Of a DNA stretch of 32,000 nucleotides, positions 16,310 to 24,595 are shown piece by piece (the stretch's first letter is position 1; every line of letters starts with the position of its first letter). The notes under the pieces were generated by a model. The model saw only the letters and a list, made by a program, of their open reading frames with translations. It did not search any database and was not told where the DNA came from. The translations under genes and the position numbers were made by a program. The stretch lies in NCBI RefSeq assembly GCF_000011325.1, contig NC_003450.3, positions 240,001 to 272,000 on the forward strand. The letters run 5' to 3'. The stretch is from Corynebacterium glutamicum ATCC 13032. GTDB lineage: Bacteria > Actinomycetota > Actinomycetes > Mycobacteriales > Mycobacteriaceae.

Positions 16310-16431
16310 AGCTAGAACGGCTGCAACGCATGGCTGCTTTGTTCTGGGGATTAGATTACACAAAAGTCGTTTAGAAACTCAAATCCGCTCGCAGTTGGCG
16401 TTTTCTGGGGCGGTTCAGCTAGAGTTATGCG

Positions 16432-16522
16432 AAGGATCCCGTGCGGCGTTTATCTTGTGAACTCCCCCAGGGCAGGAATGCAGCAAGGGTCAGCGAGCTC
16501 TGACGGGTGCGCGGGATCCCCT
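16432..16522 (+). ncRNA. ffs: Signal recognition particle RNA (small bacterial 4.5S type)
   Basis: ~90-nt hairpin closed by GGATCCCG (16434-16441) / CGGGATCC (16512-16519). Apical GGAA tetraloop (16475-16478) on stem GCA/TGC, flanked by the SRP domain-IV-like loops CCAGG (5' side) and AGCA-AGGG (3' side). A TAGAGT -10-like hexamer lies at 16420-16425. The tRNA-Ser, SRP RNA, dnaX-ybaB-recR order is classical. Confidence 0.65.
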
Positions 16523-16533
16523 AAAACGTCTAG

Positions 16534-16564
16534 AGTAGTGGCTTGAGGTCACTGCTCTTTTTTT
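16534..16564 (+). terminator. Intrinsic terminator after the SRP RNA
   Basis: Stem agtagtg / cactgct (one G-U pair) with a 9-nt loop, followed by a T7 run (16558-16564). Confidence 0.6.
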
Positions 16565-16616
16565 GTGCCCTTTTTTGGTCCGTCTATTTTGCCACCACAT
16601 GCGGAGGTACGCAGTT

Positions 16617-17897
16617 ATGAGTTCAGTTTCGCTGCAGGATTTTGATGCAGAGCGAATTGGTTTGTTCCACGAGGACATTAAGCGCAAGTTTGATGAGCTC
16701 AAGTCAAAAAATCTGAAGCTGGATCTTACTCGCGGTAAGCCTTCGTCGGAGCAGTTGGATTTCGCTGATGAGTTGTTGGCGTTGCCTGGTAAGGGTGATT
16801 TCAAGGCTGCGGATGGTACTGATGTCCGTAACTATGGCGGGCTGGATGGCATCGTTGATATTCGCCAGATTTGGGCGGATTTGCTGGGTGTTCCTGTGGA
16901 GCAGGTCTTGGCGGGGGATGCTTCGAGCTTGAACATCATGTTTGATGTGATCAGCTGGTCGTACATTTTCGGTAACAATGATTCGGTTCAGCCTTGGTCG
17001 AAGGAAGAAACCGTTAAGTGGATTTGCCCTGTTCCGGGCTATGATCGCCATTTCTCCATCACGGAGCGTTTCGGCTTTGAGATGATTTCTGTGCCAATGA
17101 ATGAAGACGGCCCTGATATGGATGCTGTTGAGGAATTGGTGAAGAATCCGCAGGTTAAGGGCATGTGGGTTGTTCCGGTGTTTTCTAACCCGACTGGTTT
17201 CACGGTGACAGAAGACGTCGCAAAGCGTCTAAGCGCAATGGAAACCGCAGCTCCGGACTTCCGCGTTGTGTGGGATAATGCCTACGCCGTTCATACGCTG
17301 ACCGATGAATTCCCTGAGGTTATCGATATCGTCGGGCTTGGTGAGGCCGCTGGCAACCCGAACCGTTTCTGGGCGTTCACTTCTACTTCGAAGATCACTC
17401 TCGCGGGTGCGGGCGTGTCGTTCTTCCTCACCTCTGCGGAGAACCGCAAGTGGTACACCGGCCATGCGGGTATCCGTGGCATTGGCCCTAACAAGGTCAA
17501 TCAGTTGGCTCATGCGCGTTACTTTGGCGATGCTGAGGGAGTGCGCGCGGTGATGCGTAAGCATGCTGCGTCGTTGGCTCCGAAGTTCAACAAGGTTCTG
17601 GAGATTCTGGATTCTCGCCTTGCTGAGTACGGTGTCGCGCAGTGGACTGTCCCTGCGGGCGGTTACTTCATTTCCCTTGATGTGGTTCCTGGTACGGCGT
17701 CTCGCGTGGCTGAGTTGGCTAAGGAAGCCGGCATCGCGTTGACGGGTGCGGGTTCTTCTTACCCGCTGCGTCAGGATCCGGAGAACAAAAATCTCCGTTT
17801 GGCACCGTCGCTGCCTCCAGTTGAGGAACTTGAGGTTGCCATGGATGGCGTGGCTACCTGTGTGCTGTTGGCAGCAGCGGAGCATTACGCTAACTAA
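16617..17897 (+). CDS. aspB: Aspartate aminotransferase (class I PLP aminotransferase, corynebacterial AspB/AspT type)
   Basis: ATG at 16617 (MSSVSLQDFDAERIG) preceded by GGAGGT. 426 aa. PLP-lysine context FTSTSKITLAGAGVSFF. The track start (TTG 16563) lies inside the SRP terminator T-run and is unlikely. Confidence 0.88.
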   Translation: MSSVSLQDFDAERIGLFHEDIKRKFDELKSKNLKLDLTRGKPSSEQLDFADELLALPGKGDFKAADGTDVRNYGGLDGIVDIRQIWADLLGVPVEQVLAGDASSLNIMFDVISWSYIFGNNDSVQPWSKEETVKWICPVPGYDRHFSITERFGFEMISVPMNEDGPDMDAVEELVKNPQVKGMWVVPVFSNPTGFTVTEDVAKRLSAMETAAPDFRVVWDNAYAVHTLTDEFPEVIDIVGLGEAAGNPNRFWAFTSTSKITLAGAGVSFFLTSAENRKWYTGHAGIRGIGPNKVNQLAHARYFGDAEGVRAVMRKHAASLAPKFNKVLEILDSRLAEYGVAQWTVPAGGYFISLDVVPGTASRVAELAKEAGIALTGAGSSYPLRQDPENKNLRLAPSLPPVEELEVAMDGVATCVLLAAAEHYAN

Positions 17898-17899
17898 AA

Positions 17900-18532
17900 G
17901 TGAATACAGCGGAGACAGCACATTGGATTAACCGTCTGCTTCCTGGGACACCGGAATTCCACCAGGTTGGCGCGTTTAAAGTGGCAGGTTACACGCTTGA
18001 GGATGAATCAATTGCGTGTTCTGTCAATTTCGGGCGCGTCAACACCGGGCTGGTCACGGAAGGCGGCGCGGAAACGGTCGATGTGCGAAGTGAGATTTTG
18101 AGCCTGGCCAGGGCCGACGTGTCCGTGCCTGGGCGCGCCGTCGGCGCTGCTGCAACAATGCTTCTCGACGCCTCCCTCTCCTTCAAATCCGCCACCGATT
18201 CCAGCGTCACTCCCATGCATGCCCAACCGGGACAGATCTTGCCGTGCGTAGGAATTATGGCGAATCTTCCCCAAGAGGGTTTTTCTGTGGTGCACGGAAT
18301 TTTGGCGGATCCCCGCATTTGGGGCCCGGAGATTCCGTATGTTCGTGAAGAAGCAGGTCAAGTAAATGTGGAAGCACCCGACGAGGCTGGCGATCTAGCC
18401 CGATTGACGTTGCCTCTGCAGTTGATCCTGCTCACGGAGGAAGAGTTTGCCATCGCTCTCAACGAGGGCAGCGACGTCATGTTCGAACGAATGGCGGAGC
18501 AAGAAGTCGATCTTCTGGATCTGAAACGTTAA
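17900..18532 (+). CDS. Conserved hypothetical protein (possibly a SUFU-like domain; weak call)
   Basis: 210-aa ORF with a GTG start 2 nt after the aspB stop. No catalytic motif recognised. Codon usage resembles the neighbours. Confidence 0.55.
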   Translation: MNTAETAHWINRLLPGTPEFHQVGAFKVAGYTLEDESIACSVNFGRVNTGLVTEGGAETVDVRSEILSLARADVSVPGRAVGAAATMLLDASLSFKSATDSSVTPMHAQPGQILPCVGIMANLPQEGFSVVHGILADPRIWGPEIPYVREEAGQVNVEAPDEAGDLARLTLPLQLILLTEEEFAIALNEGSDVMFERMAEQEVDLLDLKR

Positions 18533-18550
18533 GACGGTAGGCTCAATTCC

Positions 18551-20878
18551 GTGGCTTTGTATAGCAAGTATCGACCGGCAAGTTTTGGTGAACTAGTTGG
18601 GCAGTCGCAAGTGACTGACCCTCTGTCCGCAGCTTTGGATAGCGGGCGCATCAACCATGCGTACCTTTTTTCGGGTCCGCGTGGTTGTGGCAAGACGTCG
18701 TCGGCACGCATCCTTGCCCGGTCCCTCAACTGCGTGGAAGGCCCAACTTCCACGCCGTGTGGGGTGTGTAATTCTTGCGTAGCGCTGGCCCCGGGTGGCC
18801 CTGGAACCCTTGATGTAACAGAGCTCGACGCCGCGAGTAACAATGGTGTCGATGACATGCGTGAACTGCGCGAACGCGCGAACTACGCCCCGGCGGAATC
18901 TCGCTACCGCGTGTTCATCATTGACGAAGCCCACATGATCAGTACCCAAGGCTTCAACGCCTTGCTGAAAATCGTTGAAGAGCCACCAGCGCACCTGATT
19001 TTCATCTTCGCCACCACCGAGCCGGACAAAATGATCGGTACGATCCGTTCCCGCACGCACAATTACCCATTCCGCCTGCTCACCCCAGGGGATATGCGCA
19101 AAGTGCTGAAAAATGCGGTCGATGGCGAAGGCGTCCACGTCGACGATTCCGTTTACCCACTGGTCATCCGCGCCGGCGGCGGCAGCCCCCGCGACAGCCT
19201 CTCCATCCTCGACCAGCTCATCGCCGGCTCGGGCCCGGAGGGCTTGACATATGAGCGCGCCTTGCCGCTGCTCGGTGTCACAAGCTTCACGCTTATCGAC
19301 GATTCGATCCATGCCCTTGCATCTAAAGACAACGCAAGCATGTTCACCACGATCGATAACGTCATCGAAGAAGGCCTCGAACCGCGACGCTTCACGATCG
19401 ACCTCCTCGACCGCCTCCGCGACTTGATGGTCCTCCAAGCCGTCCCAGAAGCACTAAACCTCGGGCTTGTCGACGCCCCCACCGACCGCGCCGACGCCCT
19501 AATCGAACAATCCACCCTGTTCAAAGGCAACGAGCTCGCCAACCTAGCCTCCATGGTGAACTCCGGACTCGACGACATGCGTGGTGCCACCTCACCGCGC
19601 CTCCTTCTGGAAATCCTCTGCGCCCGACTGCTCCTGGCAAGCAATACCGTGGCAGGTCCAGCGGTCAGTAGTTCGACTGACGCTGCGCCTGCAGCTACTC
19701 CGGGTGGTCTCACTGGTATTGCTGCTGCCCGCGCGAAAGCACGGGAGTATGGACAGAAGAAGGCAGCTCCAGCTCCTGCACCAACTCCTGCGCCCGAGCC
19801 AGTGCGCGAACAGTCTCTTGCACCAACGCCTGAACCAACGCCAGCGGCTGAACCTACATCTCAGCCCGCGCCGGAACCGGAACCCGCCAGGGAACCAGTG
19901 GTGGAAGTGCGGGAGGCGAGCGTCGAAAAGCAGCCTGCAAGCAGTGATCCCCTCGAAACCATTCGAAGCCGCTGGTCAGAGCTGCGCAACATCGTGGAAA
20001 AACAAAGTGTGCGCACCTCAATCATGCTGACCGAAGCGCGAGTTTTGGGACTGCGAGGCGATACCCTCGTGCTCGGTCACAGCACCGGGGCGTTGGCTGC
20101 GCGTTTGAACGCTGCTGATCACAACGGAATTTTGGTCAAGGTGTTGGCTGAGGAAACTGGTCTGCAGCTCAAGGTCGAATGCATTGTGGGCACGAACCCA
20201 GCCGAAGCTGGATTTACCGCCCAGCCTGCTGTGCAAAAGAGCACGTGGAACCCCAACTACGACTCCAAACCAGCCACTCCAAGTGCGCCTGCGCAGCCTC
20301 AGACGCCTAAGCAAGAATCCGTGCCCACCGAGCCAGAGGAGCCTGAGAGTTCGGCTGAAACTTCGGGATGGGGGCAACCGGTAAAAATCGGTGGGCCAGC
20401 ACCTGAGGCACAGACTCCAACGCCTCCGCCTGCTCCGGTGGTTCCGGCTACTCCTGCTGCTCCGGCTGCGGGTGCTGCGAAACCAGCGTGGAAGGAACGC
20501 GTCGAACAAGCCGCGGCAAATGCAGCGCAACAACGTCAGCATCGCCAGGGCAGCTCCGAGCCCTTCGAGCGGGGTGTTCCGCTGCCACCAGAACCTGACC
20601 TGCCACCGGACCCCTATGGATACCCAGCTGACGAGGGTTTCCCCGAACGAAACCAAGGGTTCCAGCAACAGCCAGCGCCTCCCGTTGAGCAACCAGCTCC
20701 TGAGCCTGCGACGGAGCCAGTTCCAGCAGTTGCGCCTGAGCCGGAGGTCAGCCAGCTATCTGAAGAAGAGCAGCTGATCCGCGAAGCAGACGAAGAGCCA
20801 GGTGAAATGGATCGTCGTGATGCGAAAACCATCGCGATGGAACTGCTTGCTCAGGAACTCGGCGCGAAACCTTTGTAA
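18551..20878 (+). CDS. dnaX: DNA polymerase III subunit gamma/tau
   Basis: AAA+ clamp-loader motifs GPRGCGKTS (Walker A), zinc module CVEGPTSTPCGVCNSC, IIDEAHM (Walker B) and SRC-type GSPRDSLS. Long Pro/Ala/Glu-rich linkers in the C-terminal half. Confidence 0.93.
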   Translation: MALYSKYRPASFGELVGQSQVTDPLSAALDSGRINHAYLFSGPRGCGKTSSARILARSLNCVEGPTSTPCGVCNSCVALAPGGPGTLDVTELDAASNNGVDDMRELRERANYAPAESRYRVFIIDEAHMISTQGFNALLKIVEEPPAHLIFIFATTEPDKMIGTIRSRTHNYPFRLLTPGDMRKVLKNAVDGEGVHVDDSVYPLVIRAGGGSPRDSLSILDQLIAGSGPEGLTYERALPLLGVTSFTLIDDSIHALASKDNASMFTTIDNVIEEGLEPRRFTIDLLDRLRDLMVLQAVPEALNLGLVDAPTDRADALIEQSTLFKGNELANLASMVNSGLDDMRGATSPRLLLEILCARLLLASNTVAGPAVSSSTDAAPAATPGGLTGIAAARAKAREYGQKKAAPAPAPTPAPEPVREQSLAPTPEPTPAAEPTSQPAPEPEPAREPVVEVREASVEKQPASSDPLETIRSRWSELRNIVEKQSVRTSIMLTEARVLGLRGDTLVLGHSTGALAARLNAADHNGILVKVLAEETGLQLKVECIVGTNPAEAGFTAQPAVQKSTWNPNYDSKPATPSAPAQPQTPKQESVPTEPEEPESSAETSGWGQPVKIGGPAPEAQTPTPPPAPVVPATPAAPAAGAAKPAWKERVEQAAANAAQQRQHRQGSSEPFERGVPLPPEPDLPPDPYGYPADEGFPERNQGFQQQPAPPVEQPAPEPATEPVPAVAPEPEVSQLSEEEQLIREADEEPGEMDRRDAKTIAMELLAQELGAKPL

Positions 20879-20986
20879 GACTCGTTTGTAAGCCGAGAGC
20901 GAACCTGCCAAAAGTAAGGGGCGGGTTCGCGGTGACGTCGGTAGGATCGAGCGAAGAAACCAACAAACTTCTTAGGAGCCATTCTC

Positions 20987-21298
20987 ATGACCCAGCCAGA
21001 TATGTCCCAGATCCTCGCCCAAGCTCAGCAGATGCAGGCTCAACTACAGGCCGCTCAGCAGGAAATCCTGGCAACCACCGTTGTCGGAAATGCAGGAAAC
21101 GGGCTGGTTACCGTCACTATGGCCGGCAACGGCGAGGTCTCCGCAGTGACCGTTGACCCAAAGGTCGTTGACCCTGAAGATGTCGAAACCCTACAGGACC
21201 TTCTGCTCGGTGCATTCAAGGATGCCCATAACAAGGTCGCAAACGTTGCTGAAGAGAAGATGGGCCCACTATCCCAGGGCATGGGTGGCCTCTTCTAA
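20987..21298 (+). CDS. ybaB: Nucleoid-associated protein YbaB/EbfC
   Basis: 103 aa. The Q-rich N-terminus ([20 protein letters not shown]) and GNGxV...V.IDP pattern are typical of the YbaB family. AGGAG RBS. Conserved position between dnaX and recR. Confidence 0.9.
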   Translation: MTQPDMSQILAQAQQMQAQLQAAQQEILATTVVGNAGNGLVTVTMAGNGEVSAVTVDPKVVDPEDVETLQDLLLGAFKDAHNKVANVAEEKMGPLSQGMGGLF

Positions 21299-21316
21299 TT
21301 AGTTGCTAAACGCAGG

Positions 21317-21343
21317 GCCGGGTTCTCGATGAACCCGGCTTTT
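21317..21343 (+). terminator. Intrinsic terminator between ybaB and recR
   Basis: Stem gccgggttc / gaacccggc with a 5-nt loop, followed by tttt. Confidence 0.7.
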
Positions 21344-21401
21344 GTCATGTATGCGATACTGTTCCTTGTCCAATTTTTAGTTCAGATAGGTAGTGTAAGA
21401 C

Positions 21402-22058
21402 GTGTTTGAAGGCCCACTCCAGGATCTCATCGACGAACTTTCTCGTCTCCCCGGCGTCGGCCCCAAAAGTGCCCAACGCATCGCATTTCACCTGCTCAAC
21501 GTAGATCCTTCCGACATTACCCGCCTTCAGGAAGCCCTCGGAGGCGTGCGTGATGGCGTCCAATTCTGCCGCATCTGCTGCAACATTTCCCGCGAAGAAG
21601 TCTGTCGCATCTGCTCCGACTCCGGACGTGACGGCGGAACAATCTGTGTCGTCGAAGAACCAAAAGACATCCAAGTTATCGAGCGCACCGGCGAATTCTC
21701 CGGCCGCTACCACGTCCTCGGCGGCGCCCTCGACCCGCTGGCCAACATCGGCCCCCGCGAACTCAACATTTCCACGCTCCTGCAGCGCATCGGCGGCGTC
21801 CTGCCAGACCGTGAGCTCGCAGATTCCACGCCTGAAAATAAGCTTTTCGACGCCACCCCCACCGTCCGCGAAGTCATCCTCGCAACAGACCCCAACACCG
21901 AAGGCGAAGCCACCGCCTCATACCTCGGCCGCCTCTTGAAAGACTTCCCAGATCTGGTAATTTCCCGCCTCGCATCCGGAATGCCACTAGGCGGCGACCT
22001 CGAATTCGTCGACGAACTCACTCTCTCCCGAGCATTGAGTGGCCGCCTGCAGATCTAG
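21402..22058 (+). CDS. recR: Recombination protein RecR
   Basis: HhH motif ([13 protein letters not shown]), C4 zinc finger [16 protein letters not shown], and Toprim motif [18 protein letters not shown] start. Confidence 0.93.
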
Positions 22059-22060
22059 CC

Positions 22061-22496
22061 CCTCCTTTACAGGCTGGCTTTTGATCGAAGTGGCCCGTTT
22101 AACGGTCGAGCTTGCCCTGCTTCGCGCGCCGGGTGTAAACAACAAGGCGAACTGCCGCTCCGAACGGTCAGCTTTGACCACTAACTCGCCTAGTTATGAG
22201 CCGCGGATGTTCACAAGTGGGTGACCTTCACTCGGAAACGGTCTGTTCGACGGAGAAGCTCGACTTGTTTTGCTCGTGGTGAACACAACAAGGCGAACTG
22301 CCGCTCCGACCGGTCGGCTTGAAGAGCTAGTCTGCCTCGATTTGCTCGCGGTGAACACAAGTGGGCAACTTCACCCCGGAATGGTCCCTTCGGTGGAGAA
22401 GTTTGCCTTGTTTCGCATACTGGCGATCACAAGTAGTCCAGCTTCGCCTCGAAACGTTCCATTCGGCAGGGAAGTTCGCCTTGGTTGGTACGTGCG
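22061..22496. repeat. Tandem array of six degenerate 72-74 bp units (two alternating subtypes), each able to form a long imperfect hairpin
   Basis: Unit boundaries by eye: U1 22061-22132 (degenerate), U2 22133-22206, U3 22207-22278, U4 22279-22350, U5 22351-22422, U6 22423-22496. U2/U4 share aacaacaaggcgaactgccgctccga(a/c)cggtc(a/g)gctt. U3/U5 share cacaagtggg..ac.ttcac.c.ggaa..ggtc..ttcg..ggagaag.t.g.cttgttt.gc. U4 contains the perfect palindrome ccgaccggtcgg (22306-22317). Confidence 0.8.
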
Positions 22497-22534
22497 TGAA
22501 AACCGGGTCCCCTCATTTCGAGTAGACCCGGTTT
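22496..22534 (-). terminator. Intrinsic terminator downstream of gatD
   Basis: 10-bp stem aaaccgggtc / gacccggttt (22500-22534), 8 nt after the gatD stop. On the minus strand it runs into TTTTCAC. Confidence 0.6.
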
Positions 22535-22542
22535 AGAAGGGG

Positions 22543-23295
22543 CTACGCCAGGCGTTCGGCGCGGAGGCGGTCGATGACGTCGATGTCCAAAGGCTCCAGG
22601 TCTTTCAGCGCGACACCCATTGCTTTTGCGAGCATGAGGTCGGCGAGTTGGGGGTTTCGGGCGAGTGCGGGGCCGTGCATGTAGGTGGCGATGATGCTGC
22701 CTTGGACGGCGCCTTCGGCGAATTGTTGGCGTTGGTCGTCGGTGTTTTCGGAGGCTGCCCAGACATCGGTGTTGCCTTCGCCGCGGACGACTCGGCCGAG
22801 TGGTTCGGCGTCGGGGCCGAGCAGGGTGGCGCCCATGTGGTTTTCGAAGCCGGTGAGTCGTTCGGTCAGCTCGGCGGTGAATCCGGCGCGGGTTGGTGTC
22901 GTTTCGACTTCTCCGATGGCGCGTTTTTGTAAAGAGACGGTGGTGGCGTCGATAAGCCCAAGGCCGTCGATGACACGGCCGGCGGCGCGGAAGGAGTCGC
23001 CGAGTACCTGGAGACCTGCGCAGACTGCGAAGATGGGGCGGCCTGCGGCGGCTGCGGTTTGGAGGCCGCCGTCTTTGGTGAGGTGTTCGGTGGCAAGGAT
23101 CTGTGCGGTGTCCTCGCCGCCGCCGAGGCAGTAGAGATCAAGGGTGGAAGGGACGGCGTCGTCGAGGGTGACGCGCTGGATTTCAGCATTAATGCCACGC
23201 ATGCGTGCGCGTTGGCGCAGGACTAGTGCGTTGCCGTCGTCGCCGTAAGTTCCGAGGACGTCGGGGAGGATGAGGCCGATGTTGAGGGTGGTCAT
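22543..23295 (-). CDS. gatD: Lipid II isoglutaminyl synthase, glutaminase subunit (GatD; CobQ/GATase-like)
   Basis: ATG at 23295 (MTTLNIGLILPDVLGTYGD). Class-I GATase nucleophile context FAVCAGLQVLG and His in YMHGPALARNP. The start overlaps the murT stop (TAATG). The upstream part of the track ORF (to 23520) is an Arg/Pro-rich out-of-frame read through murT. Confidence 0.85.
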   Translation of the reverse strand: MTTLNIGLILPDVLGTYGDDGNALVLRQRARMRGINAEIQRVTLDDAVPSTLDLYCLGGGEDTAQILATEHLTKDGGLQTAAAAGRPIFAVCAGLQVLGDSFRAAGRVIDGLGLIDATTVSLQKRAIGEVETTPTRAGFTAELTERLTGFENHMGATLLGPDAEPLGRVVRGEGNTDVWAASENTDDQRQQFAEGAVQGSIIATYMHGPALARNPQLADLMLAKAMGVALKDLEPLDIDVIDRLRAERLA

Positions 23296-24566
23296 TATTG
23301 TTCGGTCCCTTTCTCCAGAGCCTTTTTGAGGTCTCGGAATGCGGTGTAGTTGGCGAGGACTTCGATGCGGCCAGGAGGGCAGGCTGCGATGGCGTCGACG
23401 GGGTTGGAGATGAGTTCGTGGTCGATTTCGGCGTAGGTGAGGCGGACTGCCAGGTCGGTGCCGCGCTCGCCGGAGGCTTTGACGGAGAGGTTTTCGAAGT
23501 CTTCGAAGCGGACGTCCCAAAGCCAGGAGAGGTCTTCGCCGTCGGCAACCTGGCCATTGACGACGATGACTAAGCCATCAGCTGTGCGATCAACCATGGA
23601 GAGGGCTTCTTGCCAGCCTGCTGGGTTTTTGGCGAGCAGGAGGTGGACCTTGTGTTCACCGACAGTGATGGTGGAATAGCGTCCAGCAACGTTGTTGACG
23701 GAGTTGACTGCGGGCAGTGCGGAGGAAACGGGCACATTAAATACGGTGGAGGCTGCGATTGCTTGTGCCGCGTTGCCACGGTTGGCCTGACCTGGGAGGT
23801 TGAGATCCAAGGTGAGATCGCCGGATGGTGAATGGATGGTATCACCGTCAACCTCCCATGAGGGGGTGGGGCGTGCGAAGGTGCGGCCGTCGAGAAGCGT
23901 CTTTTCGGCGCTCCAGTGGCGTCCGTCGTGGAGGATGCGGGATTCGGTGCGTGGGCAGGTGGCGGATTCACCTTGCCAGCCGGTGCCGGCGCCGACCCAG
24001 ATGACGTTTTCGGCGTCGAAAGCCACGGAGGTAACGAGGACGTCGTCGCAGTTGGCGATGACGGTCATCTCAGGTCGAGAGCGCACGGCATCGCGCAGGA
24101 CACGTTCGATTTTGTTAATTTCGCCAACGCGGTCGAGCTGGTCGCGGGAAAGGTTGAGCAGCACGAGGGCGTCGGGCTTGAGGCGTTCGATGGCGGCGGG
24201 TACGTGCAGCTCATCGACTTCCAAGACCACGTGTGAGGCGTTTCGGCCAGCGAGCAGCGCAGAAATGATGCCGGCGTCCATGTTGTCGCCGCCTTCATTG
24301 GTGGCGACGGTGTAAGTGCTGCGCATCGCGGCGGCCAGCATGCGGGTGGTGGTGGACTTGCCATTTGTGCCCGTGACCAGCACTGTTGGGCGGTTGTTGA
24401 TGAGGTTGGACATGATGTCCGGGTCTACCTTGCTGGCCACCAGTCCGCCGATCATGCCACCGGATCCGCGACCTGTGGCTTTGGACGCGGATGTCGCAAC
24501 TTTTGCTGAGATGATGGCGGCAGCGCTGCGTAAACGGCGTAGGGGTGCAGGCAGTGAAAGCTTCAT
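23295..24566 (-). CDS. murT: Lipid II isoglutaminyl synthase, Mur-ligase-like subunit (MurT)
   Basis: Mur ligase P-loop VTGTNGKSTT. ~420 aa with a C-terminal MurT-type domain. Translationally coupled to gatD, matching the murT-gatD pair known from S. aureus and mycobacteria. Confidence 0.85.
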   Translation of the reverse strand: MKLSLPAPLRRLRSAAAIISAKVATSASKATGRGSGGMIGGLVASKVDPDIMSNLINNRPTVLVTGTNGKSTTTRMLAAAMRSTYTVATNEGGDNMDAGIISALLAGRNASHVVLEVDELHVPAAIERLKPDALVLLNLSRDQLDRVGEINKIERVLRDAVRSRPEMTVIANCDDVLVTSVAFDAENVIWVGAGTGWQGESATCPRTESRILHDGRHWSAEKTLLDGRTFARPTPSWEVDGDTIHSPSGDLTLDLNLPGQANRGNAAQAIAASTVFNVPVSSALPAVNSVNNVAGRYSTITVGEHKVHLLLAKNPAGWQEALSMVDRTADGLVIVVNGQVADGEDLSWLWDVRFEDFENLSVKASGERGTDLAVRLTYAEIDHELISNPVDAIAACPPGRIEVLANYTAFRDLKKALEKGTEQ

Positions 24567-24595
24567 GAAAAACGAGTCTAGTTAAGCAAGTGGCA

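Noticed and set aside
16563-16616. TTG-initiated 18-codon N-terminal extension of the aspartate aminotransferase ORF.
   Set aside because: The TTG lies inside the T-run of the SRP RNA terminator. The extension (MCPFLVRLFCHHMRRYAV) is not protein-like. The ATG at 16617 has a GGAGGT RBS and gives the expected N-terminus.
18551-20878. Programmed -1 frameshift site in dnaX producing a gamma subunit, as in E. coli.
   Set aside because: I found no A-AAA-AAG heptamer or comparable slippery run followed by a hairpin in the gene. Only short A-runs are present (gaaaaat, gtaaaaatc).
22061-22496. Possible CRISPR array.
   Set aside because: The units abut one another with no unique spacers, the repeats are long (72 bp) and degenerate, and no cas genes are present in the window.
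22039-22536. Plus-strand frame 1 is open across the tandem-repeat array apart from one TGA, suggesting a repeat protein or pseudogene.
   Set aside because: The repeat period is a multiple of 3, so one stop-free unit propagates an open frame through all copies. The peptide (VNTTRRTAAPTGRLEELVCLDL...) is not protein-like, there is no RBS, and the frame starts inside recR. I kept it only as a caveat within the repeat finding.
23296-23520. N-terminal 75-aa extension of the gatD ORF (MGRPLRRLRKPLRQSLRRARH...).
   Set aside because: It overlaps the 3' end of murT in another frame and is Arg/Pro-rich nonsense. The internal ATG at 23295 gives the conserved GatD N-terminus and the typical murT-gatD stop/start overlap.
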